Notes: generated from the sequence alone by a model not told the origin. DNA of 64,000 nt from Candidatus Omnitrophota bacterium (GCA_020341815.1 CP070837.1:1300575-1364574); one strand, 5' to 3'; counted from the stretch's first letter, positions 26,942-39,027 are shown. Translations and numbers: made by a program.

Positions 26942-28363
26942 ATGGATAAAATCAGACTGAAGAAATTAGAAGCAATACGCAGGAAAGGAATTTGCGCCTA
27001 CGGGCGGAGTTTTAATAAGTCCTCTGGTATCAAAGAGTTAGTGGACAATTTTCAGGAAGGAAAGTCCACCCAGACCGCCGGGCGGATTATGGCCTTGCGC
27101 AGCCACGGAAAGAGCATCTTTGGGGATTTGAAAGATGAGGCGGGGAGGATTCAGTTTTATCTTAAGCTGGATTCGGTGGGTGAGGAGAATTTTGAGCTTT
27201 TCCTCGACAATATGGATATCGGCGATATTATCGGCGTTAAGGGAAAACTTTTTAAGACGCGCACCCAGGAGCCCACCATAGAGGTTGCCGAATACAAGGT
27301 TTTGGCGAAGTCCTTAAGGCCGCTTCCGGAAAAATGGCACGGCTTAAAAGATATAGAGGTCAGGTTCCGCCAGCGATACTTGGACCTTCTGGCAAATGAC
27401 AGGGTGAGGGAAATATTCGTTCTGCGCAGCCGGATGATTACCAAGATTAAGGAATTTCTGGATAAGCGCGGGTATCTTGAGGTAGAGACGCCCATGCTGC
27501 ATCAGCTTGCCGGCGGGGCGGCGGGCAGCCCCTTTAAGACGCATCATCAGGCTCTGGATACGAATTTATTTTTAAGGATTGCCCCGGAGCTTTACTTAAA
27601 GCGCCTTTTGGTGGGCGGATTTGAGAAGGTCTATGAAATAAACCGCTCCTTCCGCAACGAAGGCATCTCCACTCGGCACAATCCGGAATTTACCATGCTT
27701 GAGACCTATACCGCTTACGCGGATTATGAGGAGGTAATGAAGCTGACCGAGGAGCTGATTGGCTTCTTGGCGCTTGAGCTTTTGGGAAAGACCGAGTTAA
27801 GCTATCAGGGAAAGACGATAGATTTTTCCCGCTGGGAAAGGCGCTCTTTTCAGGAGCTGATGGAGAAAAACTTCGATATCCATCCTCATGAAAATGAAAA
27901 GGTCTGGATTAGCAAGCTGAAGAAAAAAGGCATAAAGCTGGAGAAGGCCAAGCTTAGCCGTTCGCAGATTTTGAATATTATCGCCGATTTACTTTCGCCG
28001 GAGGAGACACATCCGGTGTTTGTAACCGACTTATATACGGAATTGTGCCCTCTTGCCAAAAGGAAAAAGGATAATCCGCTTTTGACCGAAAGGTTTGAGC
28101 TGTTTATCTCAGGCATGGAGGTGGCCAATGCCTATTCCGAATTAAACGATCCTCAGGAGCAGAGAAAAAGGTTTAGTGAGCAGCTGGGCGATTCCAAGGA
28201 AAAGCAGAAGATCGATGAGGATTTTCTGCGGGCCTTGGAATACGGCATGCCCCCGGCGGGCGGCTTAGGCATCGGCATTGACCGGCTGGTAATGTTATTT
28301 ACCGATTCGCCTTCTATCCGCGAGGTAATCCTTTTTCCCCAGTTGAAACCGGAGAAAAAATGA
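26942..28363 (+). CDS. lysS: Lysine-tRNA ligase (class II).
   Basis: OB-fold anticodon-binding N-terminus and class II motifs 1-3 ('FRNEGIS', 'GGLGIGIDRLVML'). Confidence 0.85.
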   Translation: MDKIRLKKLEAIRRKGICAYGRSFNKSSGIKELVDNFQEGKSTQTAGRIMALRSHGKSIFGDLKDEAGRIQFYLKLDSVGEENFELFLDNMDIGDIIGVKGKLFKTRTQEPTIEVAEYKVLAKSLRPLPEKWHGLKDIEVRFRQRYLDLLANDRVREIFVLRSRMITKIKEFLDKRGYLEVETPMLHQLAGGAAGSPFKTHHQALDTNLFLRIAPELYLKRLLVGGFEKVYEINRSFRNEGISTRHNPEFTMLETYTAYADYEEVMKLTEELIGFLALELLGKTELSYQGKTIDFSRWERRSFQELMEKNFDIHPHENEKVWISKLKKKGIKLEKAKLSRSQILNIIADLLSPEETHPVFVTDLYTELCPLAKRKKDNPLLTERFELFISGMEVANAYSELNDPQEQRKRFSEQLGDSKEKQKIDEDFLRALEYGMPPAGGLGIGIDRLVMLFTDSPSIREVILFPQLKPEKK

Positions 28364-29535
28364 AGTGGGAGCTGTTTATAAGCTGGAGATATTTTACCGC
28401 TAAGCGCAGAGAGAGGTTTATCTCTTTAATCAGCCTGATTTCCATTTTAGGGATTGCCTTGGGGGTAATGGCGCTGATTGTGGTTATCTCGGTGATGAAC
28501 GGCTTTGATAAGGAATTGCGCCAGAGGATTGTGGGGGTTAATCCCCATATCCAGATTGAGAAGCACGGCGGAATAGAAAATAGTGATGAGCTTTTGGCAA
28601 TTTTAAATAATACAGAAAACGTTACCGGTGCCAGCCCCTTTATTAACGGGCAGGCCTTATTTAAGGCGGATGAGGCGGTGACGGGGGTTCTGCTTCGCGG
28701 CATTGCGCCTGCTACTGAAGTGAGCGAGATAGAAAAATATCTGCTCGAGGGCAGTATGGATTTGAGTGATAACGATATAATTATCGGAAACGAGCTGGCC
28801 AAAAAATTTTATTTAAATTTGGGCGATAAGGTCTCGGTCATTTCACCGAGTGAGGGTAAGAACTTTAATTTTAATGTTGCCGGTATCTTCAGCTCCGGGA
28901 TGTATGAATATGATTTGAATCTGGTGTTGACCAATATCAAATCCGCCCAGGATATTTTTAATCTGCAGGGCCTGGTGGGAGGCATAGCGGTGCGCCTGGA
29001 TAGTCTTTATAAGGCATCTAGCATGCGCCAGCTGCTTCAGAGAAAGCTGGGATATCCCTACTGGGTAAGAGACTGGATGAGCATGAACAGAAATCTCTTC
29101 AGCGCATTGAAGCTGGAGAAGACAACAATGTTTGTTATTGTGGCCTTGATTGTGGTGGTGGCCTGTTTTAATATCGCCGGAAGCCTGATTATGGTGGTGA
29201 TGGAGAAGACCAAGGATATCGGAATACTTAAGGCTATAGGAGCGGCGAATAAGGCCATAAAAAAGATATTTATTATGGAGGGTGCGATTTTAGGATTTTT
29301 GGGAACTGCTTTGGGCGCAGCCTCGGGTCTTTTGCTTTGCTGGCTGCTCAAGACCTATAAGTTTATTCATCTGCCCCGCGATATTTATTATATTGAGAGC
29401 CTGCCTGTCCAGATGCGCTGGATGGATTCCATAGTTATCGTAACGGCTGCTGTGATAATTGCTCTTTTGGCCACGGTTTATCCGGCTCATCAGGCAGCTA
29501 AGCTTAATCCGGCCGATACGCTGCGTTATGAATAA
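28360..29535 (+). CDS. lolE: Lipoprotein-releasing system permease LolC/LolE (FtsX family).
   Basis: 'LISLISILGIALGVMALIVVISVMNGF' and the FtsX C-terminal four-TM bundle; followed by lolD. Confidence 0.7.
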   Translation: MKWELFISWRYFTAKRRERFISLISLISILGIALGVMALIVVISVMNGFDKELRQRIVGVNPHIQIEKHGGIENSDELLAILNNTENVTGASPFINGQALFKADEAVTGVLLRGIAPATEVSEIEKYLLEGSMDLSDNDIIIGNELAKKFYLNLGDKVSVISPSEGKNFNFNVAGIFSSGMYEYDLNLVLTNIKSAQDIFNLQGLVGGIAVRLDSLYKASSMRQLLQRKLGYPYWVRDWMSMNRNLFSALKLEKTTMFVIVALIVVVACFNIAGSLIMVVMEKTKDIGILKAIGAANKAIKKIFIMEGAILGFLGTALGAASGLLLCWLLKTYKFIHLPRDIYYIESLPVQMRWMDSIVIVTAAVIIALLATVYPAHQAAKLNPADTLRYE

Positions 29536-29553
29536 TATGCGGGGGGATTATTT

Positions 29554-30225
<672 letters not shown>

Positions 30226-30354
30226 TATTCAGTATCTTGTATTTAGTAAAATAGAAAATAGTAAAAACACTTATAAATATTTAAAGATTATATAAAAAAG
30301 TTTTTGACTAGATACTAGATACGAGCGACTAGCGACTATTATTAGGGAGGTAAA

Positions 30355-31227
30355 ATGAAGGTCTATATCAACGGCAAGTTTTATGAAAAGAAGGATGCCA
30401 AGATTTCCGTATTCGACCACGGCCTTCTCTACGGCGACGGTGTATTTGAGGGCATCCGCTCATACAACCGCCTGGTATTCAAGCTGAAAGAGCATATCGA
30501 CAGGCTCTTTGAATCCGCGCATACCCTGATGCTGGATATCCCTCTTACGAGAAAAGAGATGATGAAGGCGGTGCTTTCTACCTTAAAGACAAACGGGCTT
30601 AAAGATGCCTACATTAGAGTAGTGGTTACCAGAGGCGAAGGGGACCTGGGGCTGGACGTGCGCAAGTGCCGCGGCCGAGCCTGCATAATTATTATCACGG
30701 ATAAGATTACGCTTTACCCCGATAAGCTCTACAAAAAGGGGCTGGAGATAATAACCGTGCCCACGGTGAGAAATTTGCCTGAGGCCTTGAACCCGCAGAT
30801 AAAATCCCTGAATTACCTGAATAATATCCTGGCCAAGATCGAGGCGGTTAACTCGGGAGTCGAAGAGGCGATTATGCTCGATTCTTTGGGCTATGTTGCC
30901 GAATGCACCGGCGACAATATCTTTATTGCCAAGGGCGGACAGCTTTATACCCCGCCGCAGTGCATGGGCACATTAAGGGGGATTACCCGCGATACGGTCT
31001 TAGAGATTGCCGCAAAGAAAAAAATCCTCGGGCATGAGCACGTGCTTACCCGCCATGAACTGTATAATTCAACCGAGGCGTTTTTGACCGGCACCGCAGC
31101 GGAGATTATTCCGGTGGTAAAAGTCGACGGGCGCGTTATCGGAGGAGGAAAGCCGGGCGATATAACCTTAATGCTGATGAAAGAGTTTAAGAAGCTGACC
31201 AAAACAGAGGGCGTGAAATACAAATAA
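30355..31227 (+). CDS. ilvE: Class IV (branched-chain / D-amino-acid) aminotransferase, BCAT-like.
   Basis: 'LLYGDGVFEGIRSY' and a fold-type IV PLP region; 290 aa. Confidence 0.6.
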   Translation: MKVYINGKFYEKKDAKISVFDHGLLYGDGVFEGIRSYNRLVFKLKEHIDRLFESAHTLMLDIPLTRKEMMKAVLSTLKTNGLKDAYIRVVVTRGEGDLGLDVRKCRGRACIIIITDKITLYPDKLYKKGLEIITVPTVRNLPEALNPQIKSLNYLNNILAKIEAVNSGVEEAIMLDSLGYVAECTGDNIFIAKGGQLYTPPQCMGTLRGITRDTVLEIAAKKKILGHEHVLTRHELYNSTEAFLTGTAAEIIPVVKVDGRVIGGGKPGDITLMLMKEFKKLTKTEGVKYK

Positions 31228-31242
31228 GAGAAAGGGTAAAAT

Positions 31243-31770
31243 ATGGTATGTGATATATGTCATAAGAATGAAGCCAGTGTACATCTGACGGAGATAGTAG
31301 ATAATCAGATTACCGAACTTCACCTCTGTGAGGAATGCGCCCGGCAAAAAGGGGCGCAGATGGAGCAGCATTTTGGCCTGGCCGACCTTTTGGCGGGCCT
31401 GGCCGATTTGGGCCAGCAGTTTGAAGTGGGAGGTAAAAGCGAAATTAAATGTCCCGCCTGCGGCCTGACTTACGAGGACTTTCGGCGCATCGGCCGTCTT
31501 GGCTGCAGCGAGTGTTACGAGGCATTTAAAGACAGCTTAAGCGTTCTCTTAAAGAGAATCCACGGCTCTACGCAGCATCTGGGCCGCTCACCGGCCAAAG
31601 CCAAAACCGAGACGCCGGTTGAGAAAAAATCCGAGGTGAGTATATTGCGCATGAGGCTGCAAAGGGCGATTGAGATGGAGGAATTCGAAGAGGCCGCCCG
31701 CCTGCGGGATAAAATCAGGGCCCTGGAGGCCAAGGAGAAAAAAGAGAAAGAAAACAGGAGAGTGCGATGA
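31243..31770 (+). CDS. mcsA: Protein-arginine kinase activator McsA-like (zinc fingers plus a UVR domain).
   Basis: Two CxxC pairs near the N-terminus and a UvrB/C-type UVR motif ('EEFEEAARLRDKIRALE'); immediately upstream of mcsB and clpC. Confidence 0.6.
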   Translation: MVCDICHKNEASVHLTEIVDNQITELHLCEECARQKGAQMEQHFGLADLLAGLADLGQQFEVGGKSEIKCPACGLTYEDFRRIGRLGCSECYEAFKDSLSVLLKRIHGSTQHLGRSPAKAKTETPVEKKSEVSILRMRLQRAIEMEEFEEAARLRDKIRALEAKEKKEKENRRVR

Positions 31771-32822
31771 AGCTCAACGATCTAATTAATCAGAACTGCG
31801 AGTGGCTGAAGGGTACCGGGCCCAACTCCAATGTTGTAATCTCCAGCCGGATAAGGCTGGCCAGAAATTTAAGCCGCATTTCCTTTTCTCACTGGGCAAA
31901 TAAAAAGCAGAAAGAAGAGGTCCTCAAAAAGGCAAAAGAGGCCTTTGGCTCCAGCAATTATACAAAAGGGGCGCTTTTCCTGCAGCTGGCCGACCTGAAT
32001 AATCTGGATAAGCAATTCCTGATTGAGCGCCATCTTATCTCCCGGGAGCACGCCATGCGCAGCAATCATAAGGCCGTCTTGGTCGGCGACAGAGAAATCT
32101 TAAGCATTATGGTAAACGAAGAAGACCATTTGAGGATGCAGGTGATGCAGTCGGGCTTTAATCTGGGGGAGGCCTGGCAGATTACCAAAAGGCTTGATGA
32201 AGATTTTGAGAAAAGCTTACAGTTTGCTTATTCGCAGACCTGGGGATATCTGACCGCCTGCCCGACGAACACAGGAACGGGACTGCGGGCCTCGGTAATG
32301 CTGCATTTGCCCGCATTAGTGATGGCCAGGCAGATAAATAAGGTCCTGCAGGCAATTACTAAATTAAACCTGACCGCGCGCGGCTTCTACGGCGAAGGCA
32401 CCGAGGCCAGCGGGAATTTCTTCCAGATATCCAATCAGGTTACCCTGGGTCATTCCGAAGAGGATATCCTGGATAATATCGAAAGGGTCATCAAGCAGGT
32501 CATCGGGCATGAGCAGAATGCCAGACGGGCCCTCTTTGAGCAGGACAGGGCCAGGATTGAGGACCGCATCTGGCGCTCTTTTGCCACGTTAAAGAACGCC
32601 CACATTATTACCAGCAAAGAGGCTATTGATTTGTTTTCCAAGGTCCGCCTGGGCGTAGATATGGGCATACTCAAAGAAGGCCTGGATATCCAGACCATCA
32701 ACCGGATTTTTATTTTGATGCAGCCGGCGCATCTGCAGAAAATCGAACACAAGACACTTTCTGCCCAGGAGAGGGATATGAAACGGGCAGAACTGATCAG
32801 GAAAGAATTAGGAGGGAACTAG
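31767..32822 (+). CDS. mcsB: Protein arginine kinase McsB (ATP:guanido phosphotransferase).
   Basis: Phosphagen-kinase active-site motif 'CPTNTGTGLRAS'. Confidence 0.8.
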   Translation: MKLNDLINQNCEWLKGTGPNSNVVISSRIRLARNLSRISFSHWANKKQKEEVLKKAKEAFGSSNYTKGALFLQLADLNNLDKQFLIERHLISREHAMRSNHKAVLVGDREILSIMVNEEDHLRMQVMQSGFNLGEAWQITKRLDEDFEKSLQFAYSQTWGYLTACPTNTGTGLRASVMLHLPALVMARQINKVLQAITKLNLTARGFYGEGTEASGNFFQISNQVTLGHSEEDILDNIERVIKQVIGHEQNARRALFEQDRARIEDRIWRSFATLKNAHIITSKEAIDLFSKVRLGVDMGILKEGLDIQTINRIFILMQPAHLQKIEHKTLSAQERDMKRAELIRKELGGN

Positions 32823-32824
32823 AA

Positions 32825-35260
32825 ATGTTCAACCGCTTCACCGAACGGGCAAGAAAGGTGATTATTCTGGCCAAAGAAGAGGCCAAGCGTTTTAATCACG
32901 ACTATATCGGCACCGAGCACATCCTGCTGGGATTAATCCGCGAAGGCGAAGGTGTGGCCAGCGCGGTTTTACAAAATACAGGATTGAATCTGGATAAGAT
33001 AAGGCTGGAGATTGAAAAGCTTGTGCAGCCGGGGCCGACCACGGTTGTTTCCGGGGATATACCTTTTACCCCCCGGGCCAAACGGGTGGTGGAGTTATCA
33101 ATGGAAGAGGCCAGGCAGCTGGGGCATAACTATATCGGCACCGAACACCTGCTTCTGGGGCTTTTGCGCGAAGGCGAAGGCGTAGCCGCGCAGGTGCTCT
33201 TAGCCCTGGGTTTGGATTTAAATAAAGTGAGGACTGAGATAATGGAGCTTTTGGGCCAGGGGATACCCGGCGCTCAGCAGGAGGCAGGTCCCGCCGCAGC
33301 AAGGGCCAAGGGCAAGACCCCGGCTTTGGATGCCTTCGGACGAGATTTAACCGCCCTGGCCAGAGAGGCCAAGCTTGATCCGGTAATCGGCCGGAAAAAT
33401 GAGATTGAGCGGCTGGTTCAGATTTTAAGCCGGCGCACCAAAAACAACCCCGTGCTTTTGGGTGAGGCCGGCGTAGGCAAGACCGCTATCGTAGAGGGCC
33501 TGGCCCAGCAGATTGTCTCGGGAAATATCCCCGAGGTGCTCAAGGATAAACGCATTGTCATAATTGACTTGGCCTTGATGGTTGCCGGGACTAAGTACCG
33601 CGGGCAATTCGAAGAACGCATCAAGGCGGTAATGGACGAGATAAGAAGATCGGAAAACGTGGTAATGTTTATCGATGAGCTGCATACCTTAGTGGGCGCA
33701 GGAGGGGCGGAAGGGGCGATCGATGCCTCTAATATTCTAAAACCCGCTCTTTCCCGGGGAGAGATTCAGTGTATCGGCGCCACTACCATGGATGAATACC
33801 GCAAATATATCGAAAAAGACGCCGCCCTTGAGCGCAGATTCCAGACTATTATGGTGGATCCCCCGACGGTGGATGAGACAATACAGATATTAAAGGGCTT
33901 GAGAGACAAATACGAGGCCCATCACAAAGTCAAGTTTACCGACGAGGCTCTTGAGCAGGCGGTTAAGCTCTCCGATAGATATATCAGCGGCCGCTATTTG
34001 CCCGATAAGGCCGTTGACCTGATTGATGAGTCCGGGGCAAAGGCCAGGCTTTCAGCGCTTATGGCCCCTCCTGATTTGCAGGAGAAGGAGAAGAATATAG
34101 AGGAGCTGCATAAGGAAAAGCAGGCGGCGATAAAGAGTCAGGATTTTGAGAAGGCCGCCAAGTTCAGGGACGAGGAGCGCGAGGCTAAGGCCGAGCTGCA
34201 AAAACTAAAAGATACCTGGAACAAGAAAAAGGTAGAGGTAACACCCACCGTAACCGATGAAGATATTGCCCAGATAGTGTCCAAATGGACGGGTATTCCC
34301 ATCTCCAGACTGGAGGAGAAGGAGTCGGAGCGGCTTCTGAAGATGGAAGAGAACATACACAAAATGGTAGTCGGCCAGGATGAGGCTATTGCCGCTATTG
34401 CCCGCGCGGTAAGACGTTCCCGCGCCGGCATCAAAGACCCCCGCCGGCCTATCGGCTCTTTTGTGTTTTTGGGACCCACCGGCGTGGGAAAGACGCTACT
34501 GGCAAGAGCCCTGGCAGAGTTTATGTTCGGTAACGAGAATGCCCTGATTCAGCTGGATATGTCGGAGTATATGGAGAAGTTTAATGTCTCGCGTCTTGTG
34601 GGTGCGCCTCCGGGTTATGTGGGTTATGAAGAGGGAGGCCAGCTTACGGAGAAGGTAAGGCGCAGGCCTTATTCGGTGGTCCTGCTCGATGAAATCGAAA
34701 AGGCCCATCCGGATGTATTTAATATACTTCTTCAGGTCTTGGAAGACGGGCGGCTCACCGACAGCTTCGGCCGCAAAGTGGATTTTCGCAATACCATTTT
34801 GATTATGACCTCCAATATCGGCGCAGAGATACTCAAGAAGCAGGGCTCTTTGGGCTTCAAGTCGCAAAAAGAAGAGGTTACTTTTCAGGAGATGAAGAAG
34901 AAGTTATTGGATGAGGTGAGCCGAACCTTCAAACCGGAGTTCTTAAATCGTATCGACGATATAACCGTTTTTCACCCCTTAACAAAAGACGACCTCTATA
35001 AAATAATAGATATTGAGGTTGGGCACGTCCAGAAGAGGTTAAGCGAGCAGGACATTACGCTTGAGCTGACTAAAAGCGCCAAAGAGTTCCTCATCGATAA
35101 AGGATTTAATCCCGTATTCGGCGCCCGTCCCTTAAAACGGACCATCCAGAGGTATCTGGAAGATCCGCTTTCGGAGGAGATAATCAGCAAGAAATTTAAG
35201 AAATCCAGAAAGATAAAAGTATCTTGCGAAAAAGGAAAGAGTGAGCTTAGTTTTACTTAG
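32825..35260 (+). CDS. clpC: ATP-dependent Clp protease ATP-binding subunit ClpC.
   Basis: Tandem Clp_N repeats, two AAA+ modules, a UVR linker and a ClpB_D2-small domain. Confidence 0.85.
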   Translation: MFNRFTERARKVIILAKEEAKRFNHDYIGTEHILLGLIREGEGVASAVLQNTGLNLDKIRLEIEKLVQPGPTTVVSGDIPFTPRAKRVVELSMEEARQLGHNYIGTEHLLLGLLREGEGVAAQVLLALGLDLNKVRTEIMELLGQGIPGAQQEAGPAAARAKGKTPALDAFGRDLTALAREAKLDPVIGRKNEIERLVQILSRRTKNNPVLLGEAGVGKTAIVEGLAQQIVSGNIPEVLKDKRIVIIDLALMVAGTKYRGQFEERIKAVMDEIRRSENVVMFIDELHTLVGAGGAEGAIDASNILKPALSRGEIQCIGATTMDEYRKYIEKDAALERRFQTIMVDPPTVDETIQILKGLRDKYEAHHKVKFTDEALEQAVKLSDRYISGRYLPDKAVDLIDESGAKARLSALMAPPDLQEKEKNIEELHKEKQAAIKSQDFEKAAKFRDEEREAKAELQKLKDTWNKKKVEVTPTVTDEDIAQIVSKWTGIPISRLEEKESERLLKMEENIHKMVVGQDEAIAAIARAVRRSRAGIKDPRRPIGSFVFLGPTGVGKTLLARALAEFMFGNENALIQLDMSEYMEKFNVSRLVGAPPGYVGYEEGGQLTEKVRRRPYSVVLLDEIEKAHPDVFNILLQVLEDGRLTDSFGRKVDFRNTILIMTSNIGAEILKKQGSLGFKSQKEEVTFQEMKKKLLDEVSRTFKPEFLNRIDDITVFHPLTKDDLYKIIDIEVGHVQKRLSEQDITLELTKSAKEFLIDKGFNPVFGARPLKRTIQRYLEDPLSEEIISKKFKKSRKIKVSCEKGKSELSFT

Positions 35261-35268
35261 GCCTTGTC

Positions 35269-36678
35269 ATGCGCAACAGGCATAGAAGCATTAAGAAGCT
35301 TGTGCTTTTTCTACTGCTGTTATCGACGGCGGTTGTTTTTGCTTACGGAAGAAGAGAGGCCTTTTTCCAGCAGGCGAAAAAGCTGATTAAGCAAAAACTG
35401 GAGAGGAGATTTTCACCCGCAGAGCTTTCCATCGGAAAGATAAAGGCGGGCCTGTTTTATGGCCTGGTGCTGAAAGAGGTGAAAATCAAGTTTTCCCATT
35501 TCAATGTCGAGATTGCCGAGGCTTTAGTTAATTATAACCTCTGGCAGAATGTTTTTGGCCTGGGGAAAGAAGCGGCGGACGGCTCAAGGCAGCGAGGCGA
35601 GCTTGTATGTACGCTTGATGGCGGAAAGATTTTTTTAGGCGAAGCCCCTCTGCTTAAAGATTTGGAGGGTAAACTCCTCTTGGGCCAAAAAGGATTAACT
35701 TTCGAGGAAATCAGCGGTTCTTTTAAGGGCGGCCCCCGCCAGGCCTTGAAATTGCATGGGGAGGCGACAGAGGAGGCCCTGACTCTTACGGCAAATCTTG
35801 AGCGTTCAAGCTTTGGCAGCCTCGATGTCTTAACCAATCTTAATTTGACTTTGGATAAAAAACTTAATCTTTATGACGATAGCGCCAAGACCTGCGGGAG
35901 GCTAACAACCTACGGCTCTGTACTGAATAAGCAGCCATTCCCTGAGCTTAACGCCTCTTTTGAGATTCAGGATGGAAAACTGCGCATACTTACCTGCAGC
36001 CTGGGAGACAGTTACGACTTGCGCGGTATTATCGGCTTATCGGCTCCCTATGAGGCAAATCTATCTTTAAACTTTAACCAGGCCGCACCCCACGAATTCA
36101 TATCTCGGCTGGGCCCGCTCTCAAAAGGCGCAAGGGCGCAGCTTGGCGTCGGGGGGCAGCCGGATTTTTCCGGTTTAGTCAACGGCCTGATTAAGGCCAG
36201 CGGCCCCCTCAAGCGCCCCAGGATAGAAGGGTGCCTGGAAGTGATGGAGGGACATATCGGCGATTTGGATTTTGCCAGCGCCGATATCAATATAAAAGGC
36301 CGCTATCCGCGACTTTTTGTCGTTGACTCGCGTATTTGCCGGGAGGATGGATTTTTCATTATGGAAGGGGAAATGGATTTCAGTAATTTAGCAGGGCAAA
36401 AAGTCCTGGATATAAAATTCAAGAGTGATAAAGGTATGCTCTGGCAGGGCTGGGATATAACGCGCAATTCCGACAACGACGTGCATGCCTCCAAAAGCAT
36501 CGCCGAGGATGTAAAGGTCACCTTTGACAGCTTTATGGAAGGAACAAGAGATAACCTGGAGAACGATTATACAAATGAATTGGGCCTGGAGTGCAGAATC
36601 TTTGGCGATAAACTCCTCAGACTGCGCCTGCGCAAAGAAGAGGAAATCTTAGGCGTTGAGCGCAAGATTAGGTTTTGA
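35269..36678 (+). CDS. Hypothetical membrane-anchored protein.
   Basis: One N-terminal TM helix, then a 440-aa beta-rich soluble region; no recognisable family. Confidence 0.25.
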   Translation: MRNRHRSIKKLVLFLLLLSTAVVFAYGRREAFFQQAKKLIKQKLERRFSPAELSIGKIKAGLFYGLVLKEVKIKFSHFNVEIAEALVNYNLWQNVFGLGKEAADGSRQRGELVCTLDGGKIFLGEAPLLKDLEGKLLLGQKGLTFEEISGSFKGGPRQALKLHGEATEEALTLTANLERSSFGSLDVLTNLNLTLDKKLNLYDDSAKTCGRLTTYGSVLNKQPFPELNASFEIQDGKLRILTCSLGDSYDLRGIIGLSAPYEANLSLNFNQAAPHEFISRLGPLSKGARAQLGVGGQPDFSGLVNGLIKASGPLKRPRIEGCLEVMEGHIGDLDFASADINIKGRYPRLFVVDSRICREDGFFIMEGEMDFSNLAGQKVLDIKFKSDKGMLWQGWDITRNSDNDVHASKSIAEDVKVTFDSFMEGTRDNLENDYTNELGLECRIFGDKLLRLRLRKEEEILGVERKIRF

Positions 36679-36817
36679 TTGAGGCTGTCCCTTGCTTAAA
36701 CAAGGGGAAATTCTCTTCGACAATTTCCCTCTTAAGCTGCGGGATTAATTCGCACAAGCTAACGTAGAAAAACTGAAGGAGATGAACTTACGAAAATTAT
36801 AAATTTTTGTAAGTTCA

Positions 36818-37606
36818 GTGCTCATTAAAATGAAAGATTGTCTTAGCATATTGGGAAAGAAAATGTTGGACGGCCTGCATTATACCGGAGAGCTTTTTCT
36901 TTTAGGTATAAGGGCTCTGCATGGAATATTCACAAGCCGCCTTAAACGCAGGCAGGTTATTGCCCAGATGAGCAAAATCGGCACAGATAGTTTGTTTATC
37001 GTCTCGCTCTGCTCTTTATTTGTAGGAATAGTTTTGGTTTTTCAGAGCGCCTATCAGATGCAGAAGCTGGGGGCGGAGAAGTTTATTGCCCATCTGGTGG
37101 CCCTTTCTATGTGCCGTGAGCTGGGGCCGGTTTTTACCGCATTGATAATAGCCGGAAGGGCCGGCGCTTCTATCAGCGCAGAGCTTGGCACAATGAAGGT
37201 TACCGAGCAAATCGATGCCTTGGAGACCATGGCCGCCAATCCCATTAAATATTTGATCTCTCCCAGATTTCTGGCTCTGGCGACCATGCTGCCTCTTTTG
37301 ACTATCTATGCCAATTTTATCGGCATAGTAGGCGGTTATATGGTGGCGGTCTGGAAATTAGGGCTCACCTCGGCTATGTATATAAACTCAACCTTCGATG
37401 CCTTAGTCTTAAAAGACATATTCAGCGGTCTTTTTAAGTCGGTAGTCTTTGCCATGATTATTTGTATCGTCTCCTGTTATCAGGGCCTGCGCACCGAAGG
37501 CGGGGCCGAAGGGGTGGGTAAAGCCACAACCTTGGCGGTAGTGGTTTCATTCGTGTTGATTATTGCTGCGGATTGCCTGTTTACCGCATTTTTCTATTTT
37601 ATATAA
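36818..37606 (+). CDS. mlaE: Mla/Ttg2-type ABC transporter permease MlaE.
   Basis: 'AYQMQKLGAEKFIAHLVALSMCRELGPVFTALIIAGRAGASI' matches MlaE. The start is either GTG 36818 or ATG 36830. Confidence 0.75.
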   Translation: MLIKMKDCLSILGKKMLDGLHYTGELFLLGIRALHGIFTSRLKRRQVIAQMSKIGTDSLFIVSLCSLFVGIVLVFQSAYQMQKLGAEKFIAHLVALSMCRELGPVFTALIIAGRAGASISAELGTMKVTEQIDALETMAANPIKYLISPRFLALATMLPLLTIYANFIGIVGGYMVAVWKLGLTSAMYINSTFDALVLKDIFSGLFKSVVFAMIICIVSCYQGLRTEGGAEGVGKATTLAVVVSFVLIIAADCLFTAFFYFI

Positions 37607-37608
37607 CT

Positions 37609-38352
37609 ATGATAGAAATCATTAATCTCTGCAAATCATTCGAGGAGCACCAGGTCTTAAAAAACCTTAATCTCACTATTAACAAGGGCGAGACTTCCGT
37701 AATTATCGGCTGTTCCGGCTGCGGCAAAAGCGTCTTGCTTAAAAGTATCATCGGCCTTTTGAAGCCCGACTCAGGCCAGGTGATTATCGATGAAGAGGAT
37801 GTAACCCGGCTTAATGAAGAAGGACTTAACCGCCTGCGGCTTAAGTTCGGGATGCTTTTTCAGGGCGCGGCCCTTTTTGATTCTCTGAGCGTGGGCGAGA
37901 ACGTGGGATTTATTTTGCGCGAACATACCGATACGGATGAGGCCACCATAGCAAAGAGGGTCAGGGAAAGCCTGGATTTAGTGGGCCTTGAAGGAATAGA
38001 GGATTTGATGCCCTCCGAATTGAGCGGAGGTATGAAAAAAAGAGCGGCCCTTGCCCGGGCGATTTGCGCCCGCCCGAAAATTATCCTGTATGATGAGCCG
38101 ACTACCGGGGTCGATCCTATCCGGGCCGATGCCATTAATACATTAATCCGCCGGCTCCATGATAAACTTGAGGTTACCTCTGTTGCCGTGACCCACGATA
38201 TGGTCAGCGCCTACAAGATTGCCGACAGAATCTGCATGCTTTATGACGGAAAGATTATAGAAAGCGGAAGCGTCGAAGAAATCAAAAACAGCAAACACCC
38301 TGTGGTGCAGCAGTTTATCAGCGGTGCAGCCCAGGGGCCTATTGAGACTTAA
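37609..38352 (+). CDS. mlaF: Mla-type ABC transporter ATPase MlaF.
   Basis: Walker A 'GCSGCGKS' and signature 'LSGGMKKRAALARA'; ATG 37609. Confidence 0.8.
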   Translation: MIEIINLCKSFEEHQVLKNLNLTINKGETSVIIGCSGCGKSVLLKSIIGLLKPDSGQVIIDEEDVTRLNEEGLNRLRLKFGMLFQGAALFDSLSVGENVGFILREHTDTDEATIAKRVRESLDLVGLEGIEDLMPSELSGGMKKRAALARAICARPKIILYDEPTTGVDPIRADAINTLIRRLHDKLEVTSVAVTHDMVSAYKIADRICMLYDGKIIESGSVEEIKNSKHPVVQQFISGAAQGPIET

Positions 38353-38382
38353 AGCCTTTATTTTTTAAATCGAGGAGGAGGT

Positions 38383-39027
38383 ATGATAAATAAGCAGAAC
38401 CTTGAATTGAAGGTAGGCATATTCGCTTTTATCGCTTTAGTAATTTTAATCCTGGCTATATTCTCTATCAGCGAAATTCATATCTTCCGTCCGGGGTATT
38501 TGATCGAGATAACTTTCGCTTTCGCCAGTGGCATCGATGTGGGGGCCATAGTAAGGGTCGCGGGGATAGAAGCGGGAGAGGTCAGGGATGTACAGATGTT
38601 TTATGATAAAAATAAAGCCGAACCCAAAATAGTGCTTTCGGTTTGGCTGAATAAGGATATAAAGATTCCTCGGGATTCCTGCGCCTATGTCAGCGTCTCC
38701 GGTTTTATCGGCGATACATACCTGGAGATTATTCCGGGTGGGGATTACACCCATTTATTAAAAGAGGGGGATGTATTAGTAGGGCGCGACCCTTTGAGTC
38801 CGGAGACCTTGATGGACCTGGCGCATAAGGTTGCCGCCGACCTCGACAATGTCCTGGGTTCGGTGGATGAGGTTTTGGATGAAGAGACAACAGTGGCCTT
38901 GAAAGAGACGATTCATAATTTCCGTGACTTTTCCCAGAGCCTTAAAGTTATAACCGGCCGCCTGGAACGCGGAGAGGGAAAGTTAGGCGCCTGGCTCAAG
39001 CCCAAGAAATCGCGCAAGAAGAAATAA
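38383..39027 (+). CDS. mlaD: MCE-domain periplasmic substrate-binding protein MlaD.
   Basis: An N-terminal TM helix followed by an MCE domain. Confidence 0.7.
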   Translation: MINKQNLELKVGIFAFIALVILILAIFSISEIHIFRPGYLIEITFAFASGIDVGAIVRVAGIEAGEVRDVQMFYDKNKAEPKIVLSVWLNKDIKIPRDSCAYVSVSGFIGDTYLEIIPGGDYTHLLKEGDVLVGRDPLSPETLMDLAHKVAADLDNVLGSVDEVLDEETTVALKETIHNFRDFSQSLKVITGRLERGEGKLGAWLKPKKSRKKK

